64,000 bases of DNA, from positions 5,664,001 to 5,728,000 of the forward strand of contig OZ245006.1 of assembly GCA_965223545.1 (NCBI GenBank), read 5' to 3'. The notes beneath the pieces are model-generated. The model worked only from the letters and a program-made list of their open reading frames with translations. It made no database searches and had not been told where the DNA came from. The position numbers and the translations under genes were made by a program. Positions 8,383-18,314 of this stretch are shown in pieces. The first letter of the stretch is position 1. The number at the start of each line of letters is the position of its first letter. The DNA is from Planctomycetota bacterium. GTDB lineage: Bacteria > Planctomycetota > UBA1135 > UBA2386.

Positions 8383-11300
8383 ATGCCAAGCTCCCTGCCG
8401 CGGTCGGTTCCGTTCGCGGTGTTGCTGTTCGCGACACCGGCATTCGCTCAGTTGTCCGAGTTGCTCGAACCGGTGCGATGGCGCGAGGTCGGGCCGTACC
8501 GAGGCGGGCGCGTCGCCGCGGTCTGCGGTCTGCCGGACGATCCTCAGACGTACTACTTCGGCGGCTGTGGGGGCGGCGTGTGGAAGACCACCGACGCCGG
8601 CCGCAATTGGCGCTGCGTGTCCGATGGCTTCTTCGGTGGTTCGATCGGCGCGGTCGCCGTGGCGCCGTCCGATCCCAACGTGGTCTACGTCGGCGGCGGC
8701 GAGAAGACCGTGCGCGGCAACGTGTCGCACGGCGACGGTGCGTGGCGCTCGGACGACGCCGGCCGCACGTGGCGGTCGATCGGGTTGGCCGACAGCCGGC
8801 ACATCTGCCGGATTCGCGTGCACCCGAGCGATCCCGACGTGGCCTATGCGGCGGTGTTGGGGCATCTGTTCGGCGACAACGCGGAGCGCGGCGTGTTCCG
8901 CACCAAGGATGGCGGCGCCAGCTGGCAGCGCGTGCTGCACGTCAACGACCAAGCCGGAGCGGTGGATCTCTGCATGGACCCGACCAATCCGCGCGTGCTC
9001 TACGCGTGCATGTGGCGCGTGCTGCGGACGCCGTACTCGCTGGAGAGCGGCGGCGAGGGCTCGGGGATCTGGAAGAGCACCGATGGCGGCGACGAGTGGG
9101 TCGAGATCGGCGGCAACCCGGGCTTGCCGACGGGCACGACCGGTATCAGTGGCATCTGTGTCTCGCCGACCGACCCCGACAACGTGTACGCCATCGTCGA
9201 AGCCGAGAAGGGGGGCGTCTTTCGCTCACGGGACGCGGGCGAAACGTGGACGCGAGTCAACGACGACCGGTCCCTGCGTCAACGCGCGTGGTACTACACC
9301 CGGATCTACGCCGATCCGGCCGACGCGGAGGCCGTCTACGTTCTCAACGTGGGCTTCCACCGCTCGGTCGACGGCGGCCGGACCTTCCGGCGCATCCGCA
9401 CACCGCACGGCGACAACCACGACCTGTGGATCGCGCCGGACGATCCGCGGCGGATGGTGCAGAGCAACGACGGCGGCGCCAATGTGAGCGAGGACGGCGG
9501 TGCGTCGTGGACTGCTCAGGACAACCAGCCGACCGCGCAGGTGTACCGCATCTCGGTCGACAACTCGTTTCCCTATCGCATCCTCGGCGCGCAGCAGGAC
9601 AACTCCGCGTTCCGGATTCGATCGCGCGGCGCCAGCGGCGGCGGCGTTGGAGTGCGCGATTGGGAGCCGACGGCGGGCGGCGAGAGCGGGCACATCGTGG
9701 CCAAGCCCGACGACAACGACATCGTGGTCGGCGGCAGCTACGGGGGGTTCTTGACCTGGCTCGACCACCGCACGCGGGAGCGCCGGGCGGTCAACGTCTG
9801 GCCCGACAACCCGATGGGTTGGGGCGCCGCGGACCTGCGCTACCGCTTCCAGTGGAACTTCCCGCTGTTCTTCTCGCCGCACGATCCCGACGTCCTCTAC
9901 GCCGCCGGCAACGTCCTCTTCGTCAGCCGTGACCTGGGCGCCAGCTGGCAGCCGATCAGTCCCGACCTGACCCGCGACGACAGCAGCCGCTTGGGGCCGT
10001 CGGGTGGGCCGATCACCAAGGACAACACCGGCGTCGAGTACTACTGCACGATCTTTGCCGCCGCCGAGTCCGCGCTCGAGCCGGGCCTGCTGTGGGCGGG
10101 ATCCGACGACGGCCTGCTGCACGTCTCCCGCGATGGCGGCGAACGGTGGCAGAACGTGACGCCGCCCGGCCTGCCGGAGTGGGCGCAGATCAACAGCATC
10201 GACGTCGACCCCTGGCGGCCAGGCGGTCTCTACGTCGCGGCGACGCGCTACAAGTCGGACGACTTCCGTCCGTACCTGTTCGCGACCGCCGACTACGGAG
10301 CGAGCTGGCGCGAGATCGTCGCGGGGATCGAGCCCGATCACTTCACCCGCGTCATCCGTGCCGATCCGGCGCGCGAGGGCTTGCTCTACGCCGGTACCGA
10401 ACGCGGGGTCTACGTGTCCTTCGATGACGGCGGCGTCTGGCAGTCGCTGCAGCTCGACTTGCCGGTGGCGCCGGTCACCGATCTGCAGGTCGCGCACGGC
10501 GACCTGATCGTCGCCACCCAGGGTCGCGGGATCTGGGTGCTGGACGACTTGGCGGTGGTGCACCAAGTGTCGCCGCGTGGGATCGCCGAACCGGTCGCTC
10601 TGCTGCAGCCCGAGCCCTGCTTCCGCCTGGTCACCGGCAGCCGTCGTCCGGCGCGCGGCGACGTCGAGCGGGCTTCGCCGGCGTCCGGCGCGGTGTTGTA
10701 CTACTGGTTGGCGGAGGAGCTCGAAGCCGACGCCGCGCTGACCCTGGAGATCCGCACCGCGGGTGGCGAGATCGTGCGGACGCTGCGGCGCGCGCGCGAT
10801 GAGTCCGAGACCGAGGACACCGAAGCCCGCGGCGCGGCGCGGCGGGATGCCGTGTTGGCGGCCGGCGCCGGATTGCACCGGGTCGAATGGGACCTGCGCT
10901 ACGGGGATGCGGAGGGGTTTCCGGGCATGGTGCTCTGGAACCGCCGCCTCACCGGACCCATGGCAGTGCCCGGTATGTACACGGTCCACTTGACGGCCGG
11001 CGAGCACCGCGCCGAGGCGGAGCTCGAAGTGCGCGCCGACCCGCGCTCTGGGTCGACGCCGGAGCACAGGGCAGCCCAGCTGCAGTTCTCGCTCGAGGTG
11101 CGCGACAAGCTCACCGAGACCCATCGGGCGATTGCGCGGTTGCGCACTGTGCGCAAGGGCATCGCGGCGTTGCTCGCGCGCGCGGATGGCATCGCCGACG
11201 GCGACGGCGTGCGCGACGCGGCGACCGCGCTGCGGGACGCGCTCACCGGGGTCGAGGAAGCGCTCTACCAGACCCAGAGCAAGAGCGCGCAAGACCCGCT

Positions 11301-11535
11301 CAACTTCCCGATCCGTCTCAACGACAAGCTGGCGGGTCTACTCTCGCTGGTGTCGACCGGCGATCGGGCGCCCACTCGGCAGGCGCTGCAGGTGCGCGAC
11401 GAGCTCGTCGAGGCGATCGATGCCCAGCTGGTGGTGCTCGACGGGCTGTTGTCGGAGCGCCTGCCCGAGCTCAACCGCCAAGCGGGGGCGGCGGGAGTGC
11501 CGGCAGTCGATCCGGCGGCGCCCGAGTCGAAGTAG
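8383..11535 (+). CDS. secreted VPS10/BNR-repeat beta-propeller protein (glycosyl hydrolase-like)
   Basis: Signal peptide; WREVGPYRGGRV; many Asp-boxes (KTTDAGRNW, RSDDAGRTW, KSTDGGDEW, VSRDGGERW); C-terminal helical domain QDPLNFPIRLNDKL. Confidence 0.9.
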   Translation: MPSSLPRSVPFAVLLFATPAFAQLSELLEPVRWREVGPYRGGRVAAVCGLPDDPQTYYFGGCGGGVWKTTDAGRNWRCVSDGFFGGSIGAVAVAPSDPNVVYVGGGEKTVRGNVSHGDGAWRSDDAGRTWRSIGLADSRHICRIRVHPSDPDVAYAAVLGHLFGDNAERGVFRTKDGGASWQRVLHVNDQAGAVDLCMDPTNPRVLYACMWRVLRTPYSLESGGEGSGIWKSTDGGDEWVEIGGNPGLPTGTTGISGICVSPTDPDNVYAIVEAEKGGVFRSRDAGETWTRVNDDRSLRQRAWYYTRIYADPADAEAVYVLNVGFHRSVDGGRTFRRIRTPHGDNHDLWIAPDDPRRMVQSNDGGANVSEDGGASWTAQDNQPTAQVYRISVDNSFPYRILGAQQDNSAFRIRSRGASGGGVGVRDWEPTAGGESGHIVAKPDDNDIVVGGSYGGFLTWLDHRTRERRAVNVWPDNPMGWGAADLRYRFQWNFPLFFSPHDPDVLYAAGNVLFVSRDLGASWQPISPDLTRDDSSRLGPSGGPITKDNTGVEYYCTIFAAAESALEPGLLWAGSDDGLLHVSRDGGERWQNVTPPGLPEWAQINSIDVDPWRPGGLYVAATRYKSDDFRPYLFATADYGASWREIVAGIEPDHFTRVIRADPAREGLLYAGTERGVYVSFDDGGVWQSLQLDLPVAPVTDLQVAHGDLIVATQGRGIWVLDDLAVVHQVSPRGIAEPVALLQPEPCFRLVTGSRRPARGDVERASPASGAVLYYWLAEELEADAALTLEIRTAGGEIVRTLRRARDESETEDTEARGAARRDAVLAAGAGLHRVEWDLRYGDAEGFPGMVLWNRRLTGPMAVPGMYTVHLTAGEHRAEAELEVRADPRSGSTPEHRAAQLQFSLEVRDKLTETHRAIARLRTVRKGIAALLARADGIADGDGVRDAATALRDALTGVEEALYQTQSKSAQDPLNFPIRLNDKLAGLLSLVSTGDRAPTRQALQVRDELVEAIDAQLVVLDGLLSERLPELNRQAGAAGVPAVDPAAPESK

Positions 11536-11557
11536 ACCGCCGGCCCGCGCAGACCGA

Positions 11558-12091
11558 CTACCGGGCTTTGGATGCATCACCCAGGGGCGCCGCGTGCCAG
11601 TGGAACACGCGCATGCCGGGTTCCGCATCGCCCCCATCGGTCCACCGCAGCAGCGCCGTCGCCCGCAGCGCGACGCGCTTCGCGTCGGCGCCGCGGCCGT
11701 AGTGCCGCTCGAGCTCGACCACGGCAAACGACAGGTCGCCGCTGGGGCACGCGGCGCGGATCGAGCGCACCTCGGTGCGCAGCGGCTCTCGTGCGCGTCC
11801 ATCGCCCGCCGTCGCCATGGCGGCGATCGCGTCATCGAACAACGCGGGCTGCGGATCTTCGATGCTGGCCAAGGCACCGTCGTCGTCCAGGGTGAACGCG
11901 TCCCCCGGCGCGGGCGCGAGCCGCGCCGCCAGCGCTTCCGCGTCGCCGCGATCGATGGCCGCGAGCCAGTCGCGCACCGCCTCGATCACGGTACCGGGCC
12001 CCGGCGGCGGCGCCGTGCGAGCGGGCGGCAACAACGTGACGGAAGAACCCAACAGGGCGAGAGCAGACAGCAGGCAGTGTGACTTGCGCAT
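11558..12091 (-). CDS. secreted NTF2/SnoaL-like protein
   Basis: Signal peptide; VRDWLAAIDRGDAEAL and LRATALLR...MRVFHWHA, typical of the NTF2-like fold. Confidence 0.65.
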   Translation of the reverse strand: MRKSHCLLSALALLGSSVTLLPPARTAPPPGPGTVIEAVRDWLAAIDRGDAEALAARLAPAPGDAFTLDDDGALASIEDPQPALFDDAIAAMATAGDGRAREPLRTEVRSIRAACPSGDLSFAVVELERHYGRGADAKRVALRATALLRWTDGGDAEPGMRVFHWHAAPLGDASKAR

Positions 12092-12124
12092 ACCACGCGT
12101 CAGTCGTTCCCACCCCCGCACCCG

Positions 12125-13639
12125 TTAGCGCTTCACCGAGCGCCGCACGAACACATCGTGGTGCGGGTGGCGAGCGGCGAGCGCGTAGGAGCCCCATTCG
12201 GCGGCGAGAACGGCGTCGCGGTGCAGCCAGTCGAGTACGTCGAAGCGCGGGTCGTCGACGAAGCCGAGCGGCGGGCGGCGGACCAGGACCACGCCGGGGG
12301 GCGCGTGCTGCCAGTCGGCGCGCAGTGCCTGGCGCAGCGCGCGATGCGGCCAAGGCTCGGTGCCGTCGGCCGCGGCCTGGCCTGCGGTGCCGGCGAGGGG
12401 CCACAGGCAGCCGAAGCGGCCGGCGAGGGGGATGCCGGCCAGGGTCAGCGCGGGAAACGCCGGCGTGAGCTCGGTGTCGAGTGGCAGAACGGAGCGGCCC
12501 CGCGCCACTGCTGCGATGGCGTTGGCTTCGAGCGCCGCGTGGCGCCACGGCTTCTGCCAACGCAGGCCGATCCCGTTCGGTTGTCGCTCCAGCGCCGCCA
12601 ACCCGCAAGCGCCCGCGATCGCGATCGCGGCCGCGCGCGCGGCGCGAGGCGAGAGCGCCCGTGCCAGCTGTCTTGCCGCCGCCAGCCAAGCCACGCCGAG
12701 GGCAGGCAAGTAGTGGTAGGCAAATCCTTTGTGCTGGACCATCGCAGCGGCCAACAGCAGGCCGGCGAAGCCCGCCAGGGTCCGGCTGCCGGGGCTGCGG
12801 TGGCGCTGCGGCCAGCCGGCAGCCGCCAGCGCCAGGGCTGCGGCCGTCCAGGCGCGCGGGTGGCCGACCACCTCGGCCCAGCCGGCGTCGTATCCACCGT
12901 AGGAGTGCCAGGCCAGCGCCGCGGTCTCCCACAGGCCGGCGCGCATCTCGGCCGGCAGCAGGAGAACGTGCCCCGCGTACGCCGCGAGAACGCCGGCCGC
13001 GGCCGCGTGCTCGGCACGGCAGGGCACGGCCCCTGCCCACCGCCGGACCGCCCAGGCAACGCCGAAGGCGGCGACCAAGATCGGCTTGAGCGCGACGCCG
13101 AGACCGGCGAGGGCACCGATCGCGATCCGTTGCGGCAGCGGAATGCGCGGCGATGCCACGGTCCAGCGCAGCGCCAGGGGCACGACTGCGATCAGCGTCA
13201 AGTGCTCGCGCTGGGCGAAGTCGGCTCCCGGCAGAGCGGTGACGATGGCGGCCACCGCTACCATCACCGCGCACCGGCGCCACGCACCAGGCTCGGCGCG
13301 GCGCAGGATCGAACCAGCGAGCAGCAGCGAGACCAGTCCCGCGGCCAGAACCGCTGCGTGGACGACCGCCGCCACCGGCAGGCCGCTGGCCGCGGCAAGC
13401 CACGCCGGCAGCGCGGACAGGTAGACGATCAGCGGCGGATTGACGTCGACCACGTCGACGTAGAGCGTCGCGCCGTCGAGCCAGCGGCCGGCGACGTGCG
13501 CGAACCAGGCCGCGTCGTGGTTCAGGGTCCACGGCGGCGCCAGCCGAGGCGCCGCGCCGATGACCCAGACCGCCCACGGAAGGGCCGCAGCAAGCGCGGC
13601 CCCCGCTCGTTCAGTTGCCGGAGCCTTCGCCGCCGCCAC
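12125..13639 (-). CDS. multi-pass membrane protein, probable GT-C glycosyltransferase
   Basis: First loop NHDAAWF...GATLYVDVVDVNPP, FAQREH, GVALKP, QHKGFAYH; many TM segments. Confidence 0.65.
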   Translation of the reverse strand: MAAAKAPATERAGAALAAALPWAVWVIGAAPRLAPPWTLNHDAAWFAHVAGRWLDGATLYVDVVDVNPPLIVYLSALPAWLAAASGLPVAAVVHAAVLAAGLVSLLLAGSILRRAEPGAWRRCAVMVAVAAIVTALPGADFAQREHLTLIAVVPLALRWTVASPRIPLPQRIAIGALAGLGVALKPILVAAFGVAWAVRRWAGAVPCRAEHAAAAGVLAAYAGHVLLLPAEMRAGLWETAALAWHSYGGYDAGWAEVVGHPRAWTAAALALAAAGWPQRHRSPGSRTLAGFAGLLLAAAMVQHKGFAYHYLPALGVAWLAAARQLARALSPRAARAAAIAIAGACGLAALERQPNGIGLRWQKPWRHAALEANAIAAVARGRSVLPLDTELTPAFPALTLAGIPLAGRFGCLWPLAGTAGQAAADGTEPWPHRALRQALRADWQHAPPGVVLVRRPPLGFVDDPRFDVLDWLHRDAVLAAEWGSYALAARHPHHDVFVRRSVKR

Positions 13640-14177
13640 TCTCGCCTTCCGCCGGCGCCGGCTTCAGCGGGACGTGGACGCCCATGTTGCCGAATGCGAT
13701 GGTCAGCAGAGCCTCGTTCGCCTCGGCAGCCGCTCCGAGCGCGATGTGCATGCGCGTGTGCTTGTGCTCGGTCTCCTTCAGTGCCAACCGCCAGACGATC
13801 GGGTCGCCACCATCGTCGCCCTTCGGCTTGAGGTTCAGCAGCCACGCGCCGCGCTCGTGCAGGGTGAAGTACATGTCGTACTCGCCCGCCGGCACTTTGC
13901 GGCCGGCCGCCACCAGCGGGATGCTGGTGTGGACCGAGCCCATCGGGCGCCGCTGGGCGGCTCCGTTGATGCGCTCGCGCAGCTGCTCGTTCTCGGTGGC
14001 GTTCATCCACTGGCCTTCGCCGAAGTGGATCGCGGTGTAGCTCAGTGCCAGCTTCGACTCGTCACTGAACTCGATCGATTGGCTCACGGTGGGCGCGTTG
14101 CTGTTGATGCTGCCGCCGACTTGCGCGGTCAGAGGAAACGCGAGCAGCAAGGTCGTCGCGAGGGGGAGGATTCGCAT
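13611..14177 (-). CDS. DUF2911 domain secreted protein
   Basis: Signal peptide; TVSQSI...LSY, GRKVPAGEYDMYF...WLLNL pattern. Confidence 0.65.
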   Translation of the reverse strand: MRILPLATTLLLAFPLTAQVGGSINSNAPTVSQSIEFSDESKLALSYTAIHFGEGQWMNATENEQLRERINGAAQRRPMGSVHTSIPLVAAGRKVPAGEYDMYFTLHERGAWLLNLKPKGDDGGDPIVWRLALKETEHKHTRMHIALGAAAEANEALLTIAFGNMGVHVPLKPAPAEGESGGGEGSGN

Positions 14178-14383
14178 TGGTGGTTCCTTCGGTTCTATTG
14201 GAGGGTCGAGACTCTGTCAGCGCCCACGAGGGGCAGTCGCGCCAGAGTACGCCGCGCGCACGGAGTGTCCACTGGACAATCGCCGTGAGGCACCACGGCG
14301 GCGCGAGCAACTCGGGAACCTGTCCCAGTAGCACCCCCAATGCCGTGCGCTGCCTTCCCGCGGCCCTCTGTTACGATGGCACC

Positions 14384-15730
14384 ATGGTGCTTCCCCGGTC
14401 GATGCTCGCCCTGGCGGCTCCCACGCTGCTCCTCGCCTGTGGCGAGGCCTGGATCACGGGCGATCACTCCTACATCAACGACAACGGTGCCCGGATCACC
14501 ATCTCGCAGCGCCGGGGAGAACGCACGCGCCGCGCCGAGCTGCTGCGGCTGCCGGGGGCGGAGGACCGGCTGCGCATCGAGCAGCTGACCGTCGAGGGTG
14601 GCACCCTCGACGAGCGCCTCGCCTGGCTGTGGGAGATCCTCGACGGCGACACCGTGCTGGTCACCGGGGCCGGCGAAGAATGGCCGCACCCCGACCGGGT
14701 GTTGCTCGACAGCTGGCAGCTGCGATTGCAGAGCGGTGACGCGGCGCCGGCGGACGTATTGGCGGGCTGTGGCGCGATGATCCGCGTCGACAGCCGGGCC
14801 GCGCTGTTCGCCGCGGCGGTGGCGGCCGCGCCCGACGCCGAGAGCACGCAGCGGCTCGCCCTCGGCTGTCAGTCGGCGTTGTGGGCGCCGCGCCAGGGCG
14901 GCCTGGAGCCCGCTGGGTCGGCGGCGCGCGCCGTGGTCCGCTGTGCGCAGGAGCTGGCGGCCTCGCCGCACGTCAACCGTGAGATCGGCGACGTCGCGGC
15001 GCGGTGGGTCTCCTTCGTCGACAGCTCGAGCCGGCAGCGCGAGCTGTTGACGGCGCTGGTCGGCGTCGCCTCGCCGGCGGCGATCGCCGCGGCGACGACC
15101 TCGATCTCGAGCAGCAACAACCAGCGAGAAGTGCTGCTCGAGCTCGCGCGGCAGCCGACCTTGGACGGAGACGCGGTGGCAGCGATCACCGCGGCCATTG
15201 CCGAGATCGACTCGTCATCGGCGCAGCGGGATGTGCTGCTCGCCCTCGTCGGCCGCGCATCCGCACAGCAACTGCTGTCGGCCGCGACCGAGATCGACAG
15301 CGGCAACAGGCGCGCGGACGTACTGCGGGCTCTGGCCGCGCAAGACCCCCTGCCGAAGGCGGACGCCGACGCATTGGCGGCGGCGAGCGCGACCCTGTCC
15401 TCTTCCAGCGCTCGTCGTGAGCTGCTGCTCGGGCTGATCGGCACCGCCGACCCGGCCGCGGTGCTCGCGGCGGCGCGTGAGATCGACAGCAGCCACCGCC
15501 GTGGCGAGGTGCTGCGCGCTCTGGCCGCGACGCCGGATCTGTCGGTCGACGTCGCCGATGATCTGGTGCGCGCCAGCGGCGGGCTGACGTCCGCGGAGGA
15601 GACCGCGGTGCTGCGTGCGCTGATCGGCCGGGCGTCGACGGATGTGTTGATCGAAGCCGCCGCCGAAGTCTCGTCGAGCCGAGACCGCGCATCGTTGATG
15701 GAGGCGATCGCGCGGCGCGGCCAGCGCTGA
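14384..15730 (+). CDS. lipoprotein with C-terminal alpha-helical solenoid repeats
   Basis: Lipobox LLLAC; eight I/V/L-[DS]-S-S-x-x-x-R-x-[VL]-L-like units from 15017. Confidence 0.75.
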   Translation: MVLPRSMLALAAPTLLLACGEAWITGDHSYINDNGARITISQRRGERTRRAELLRLPGAEDRLRIEQLTVEGGTLDERLAWLWEILDGDTVLVTGAGEEWPHPDRVLLDSWQLRLQSGDAAPADVLAGCGAMIRVDSRAALFAAAVAAAPDAESTQRLALGCQSALWAPRQGGLEPAGSAARAVVRCAQELAASPHVNREIGDVAARWVSFVDSSSRQRELLTALVGVASPAAIAAATTSISSSNNQREVLLELARQPTLDGDAVAAITAAIAEIDSSSAQRDVLLALVGRASAQQLLSAATEIDSGNRRADVLRALAAQDPLPKADADALAAASATLSSSSARRELLLGLIGTADPAAVLAAAREIDSSHRRGEVLRALAATPDLSVDVADDLVRASGGLTSAEETAVLRALIGRASTDVLIEAAAEVSSSRDRASLMEAIARRGQR

Positions 15731-15893
15731 GTTCGGCCGCACGACGCCGTACTTCGCCCCTCTGGCGGGAAGCGCTTCACCCGGCACTGGCGGCGCGTCG
15801 ATGTAGCCAAGGCGTCCCTCGGTGGTTGTGGCGTGGCACGCCCGGTCTGCCATCGCTACGCTGCGCCACCCTGCTGTCCAAACCCACAGTCCC

Positions 15894-18314
15894 TTGAGCC
15901 AAGATCGAGCGGCGCCGCTGGCGGTCTACGCGGGCTTGTTCCTGACCGCGTTGTCCACGCTGATGTTCGAGATCCTGTTGACCAGGATCTTCAGCGCGAC
16001 GACCTGGTACCATTTCGCGTTCATGGCGGTGTCGGTCGCCATGTTCGGCATGACCGTCGGCGCTCTCGTGGTCTACCTGCGGCCGCAGCTCTACACGGTC
16101 GAGCGCGCGCCGGCGCAGCTGGCGACCTCGACGCTGGCGTTCGCGCTGGCGATCCCGCTGAGCTTCCTGGCGCTGCTGTGCATTCCGTTCGAGGAGTCGA
16201 TCACCGTGGTCGGCATCTTCTCGTTCGCGTTGACGTATGCGGTGATCGCGGTGCCGTTCTTGTTCAGCGGCATCGCGGTGTGCATCGCGCTGACGAAGTT
16301 CCCCCGCCAGGTGAGCTCGCTGTACGCCGCCGACCTCGCCGGCGCGGGCATCGGTTGCATCGCGCTGTTCCAGACGCTGGAGAGCACGGATGGCCGCACC
16401 GCGGTGTTGGTGGTCGCCGCGTTGGCCGCGCTCGGCGCCGCGGTCTTCGCCATCGGCGCGCGGCGGCCCGTGCTCGCGGTGGTCACCGCGCTGATCTGCG
16501 CGGGCTTGGGCTGGCTCTCCTACGACCACCACCAGCGCACGCTGCGCGGCGAGCCGCCGATCCAGTTCGTCTGGGCGAAGGGCGGCAAGACCGCACCGGT
16601 GGATTTCGAGCGCTGGAACTCGTTCTCCCGCATCACCGTGCAGAAGGTCGCCGGCCTCGAGCCGTCGCCGCCGCTCGGGTGGGGGATGAGTCCGGCGCTG
16701 CCCGACGACTACCGCATTCGGCAGTACGGACTGCTGATCGATGGCGTGGCCGGCACGCCGATCACGGAGTTCGACGGTGAAGACACCGCCCCGCTCGAGT
16801 TCCTCAAGTGGGACGTCACCAACGTCGCGCACTACCTGCGCGACGACGCGGTGGTCCTGGTGGTCGGCGTGGGCGGCGGGCGCGACCTCTTGTCGGCGCT
16901 GGTCTTCGACCAGAAGGAGGTGATCGGCGTCGAGCTCAACGACAACATCCGCTCGGTGTTGGTCGACGAATTCGGCGACTTCGCCGGCCACCTCGACCAG
17001 CACCCCAAGGTGCGCTTGGTGTCGGACGAGGCGCGCAGCTACATCGCGCGGCACGACGAGCGCTACGATTTGCTGCAGATCTCGCTGATCGACACTTGGG
17101 CCGCCACCGCTGCCGGCGCGTTCGTGTTGGCCGAGAACGCGCTCTACACGATGGAGGGCTGGGGGATCTTCCTCGATCACCTCGAGCCACAGGGGCTGCT
17201 GACGGTCTCTCGTTGGTACGGCAACTGGCCGGGCGAGCTGTACCGCATGGCCGCGCTGGCGGTGGCCGCGCTGCGCGCGCGCGGCGTCGCCGAGCCGCAC
17301 CGCCACCTGGCCGTGGTCAAGAGCGCCACCGTCGGCAACCTGATCGTCGGCCGGGATCCGCTCAGCGACGAGGATCTCGCCACCCTGGCGCGCGAGGCCG
17401 AACGCATGCAGTTCACCCTGCAGCTGCAGCGCGGCGAGAGCCCGGATCCGATCCTGCAGCAGATCGCCGTCGGCGAGGAGGTCACCGACTTCGGCACCGG
17501 GCTGCGGCTCGACCTGTCGCCGCCGACCGATGACCGGCCGTTCTTCTTCAACATGCTGCGGCTGGACGACGCCATCGAGATGTTGCGGCCGGAGGCGATC
17601 CTGGAGCGCGCGCGGCAGCCCAAACGCGCCTTGGAGGCGAACCTCAAGGCGGTGTTGATGCTGGCCGTGCTGCTCGGCGTGGTGGTGGTGCTGACTTTGC
17701 TCTGCGTCGGTCTGCCGCTGCTGCTGACGATCCGCCAAGTGCCGTGGCTGCGCGCCGGTCCGTTGTTCCTGTTCTTCGCCGCGATCGGCTTCGGCTTCAT
17801 GCTGGTGGAGCTGTCGCAGATGCACCGGCTGATTCTGTTCTTGGGGCATCCGACCTACGGTTTGACAGTGGTGCTGTTTGCGCTGCTGCTGTCGAGCGGC
17901 ATCGGCAGCCTGCTGTCGCGCCGCTTCGACGACGTCGCGCGGGCGGGGCCGCGCGTGCTGCTCGCGCTCCTCGTCCTGCTGGCCGCGTTCGGCTTCGGCA
18001 CGCCGGTGCTGGCCACGCATCTCGAGTCGGCGATCAACCCGGTGCGGATCGGCGTCGCCATCGCGCTGCTGTTTCCGCTCGGCCTGTTGATGGGCATGGC
18101 GTTCCCGCTCGGGCTGCGCCTGGCGTCGCGCCGGGCGGAGTCGCTGACGCCCTGGCTGTGGGGCGTCAACGGGGCGACCTCGGTCTGCGCCACCGTGCTC
18201 AGCACCGCGATCGCGATGATGGCCAGCATCTCGGCGGCGTTCTGGGCCGGCGTCGCGTGCTACGTCGTCGCCTTGCTGGCGTTCATTTGGGCGCGGGCTA
18301 TGGCTCCCCGATGA
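15894..18314 (+). CDS. membrane protein with central spermidine-synthase-like SAM-binding domain
   Basis: TM block (FEILLTRIFS, LYAADLAGAG), RWNSFSRI, VLVVGVGGGRD, GVELN, DEARS, TDDRPFF, second TM block (WLWGVNG); start uncertain. Confidence 0.85.
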   Translation: MSQDRAAPLAVYAGLFLTALSTLMFEILLTRIFSATTWYHFAFMAVSVAMFGMTVGALVVYLRPQLYTVERAPAQLATSTLAFALAIPLSFLALLCIPFEESITVVGIFSFALTYAVIAVPFLFSGIAVCIALTKFPRQVSSLYAADLAGAGIGCIALFQTLESTDGRTAVLVVAALAALGAAVFAIGARRPVLAVVTALICAGLGWLSYDHHQRTLRGEPPIQFVWAKGGKTAPVDFERWNSFSRITVQKVAGLEPSPPLGWGMSPALPDDYRIRQYGLLIDGVAGTPITEFDGEDTAPLEFLKWDVTNVAHYLRDDAVVLVVGVGGGRDLLSALVFDQKEVIGVELNDNIRSVLVDEFGDFAGHLDQHPKVRLVSDEARSYIARHDERYDLLQISLIDTWAATAAGAFVLAENALYTMEGWGIFLDHLEPQGLLTVSRWYGNWPGELYRMAALAVAALRARGVAEPHRHLAVVKSATVGNLIVGRDPLSDEDLATLAREAERMQFTLQLQRGESPDPILQQIAVGEEVTDFGTGLRLDLSPPTDDRPFFFNMLRLDDAIEMLRPEAILERARQPKRALEANLKAVLMLAVLLGVVVVLTLLCVGLPLLLTIRQVPWLRAGPLFLFFAAIGFGFMLVELSQMHRLILFLGHPTYGLTVVLFALLLSSGIGSLLSRRFDDVARAGPRVLLALLVLLAAFGFGTPVLATHLESAINPVRIGVAIALLFPLGLLMGMAFPLGLRLASRRAESLTPWLWGVNGATSVCATVLSTAIAMMASISAAFWAGVACYVVALLAFIWARAMAPR

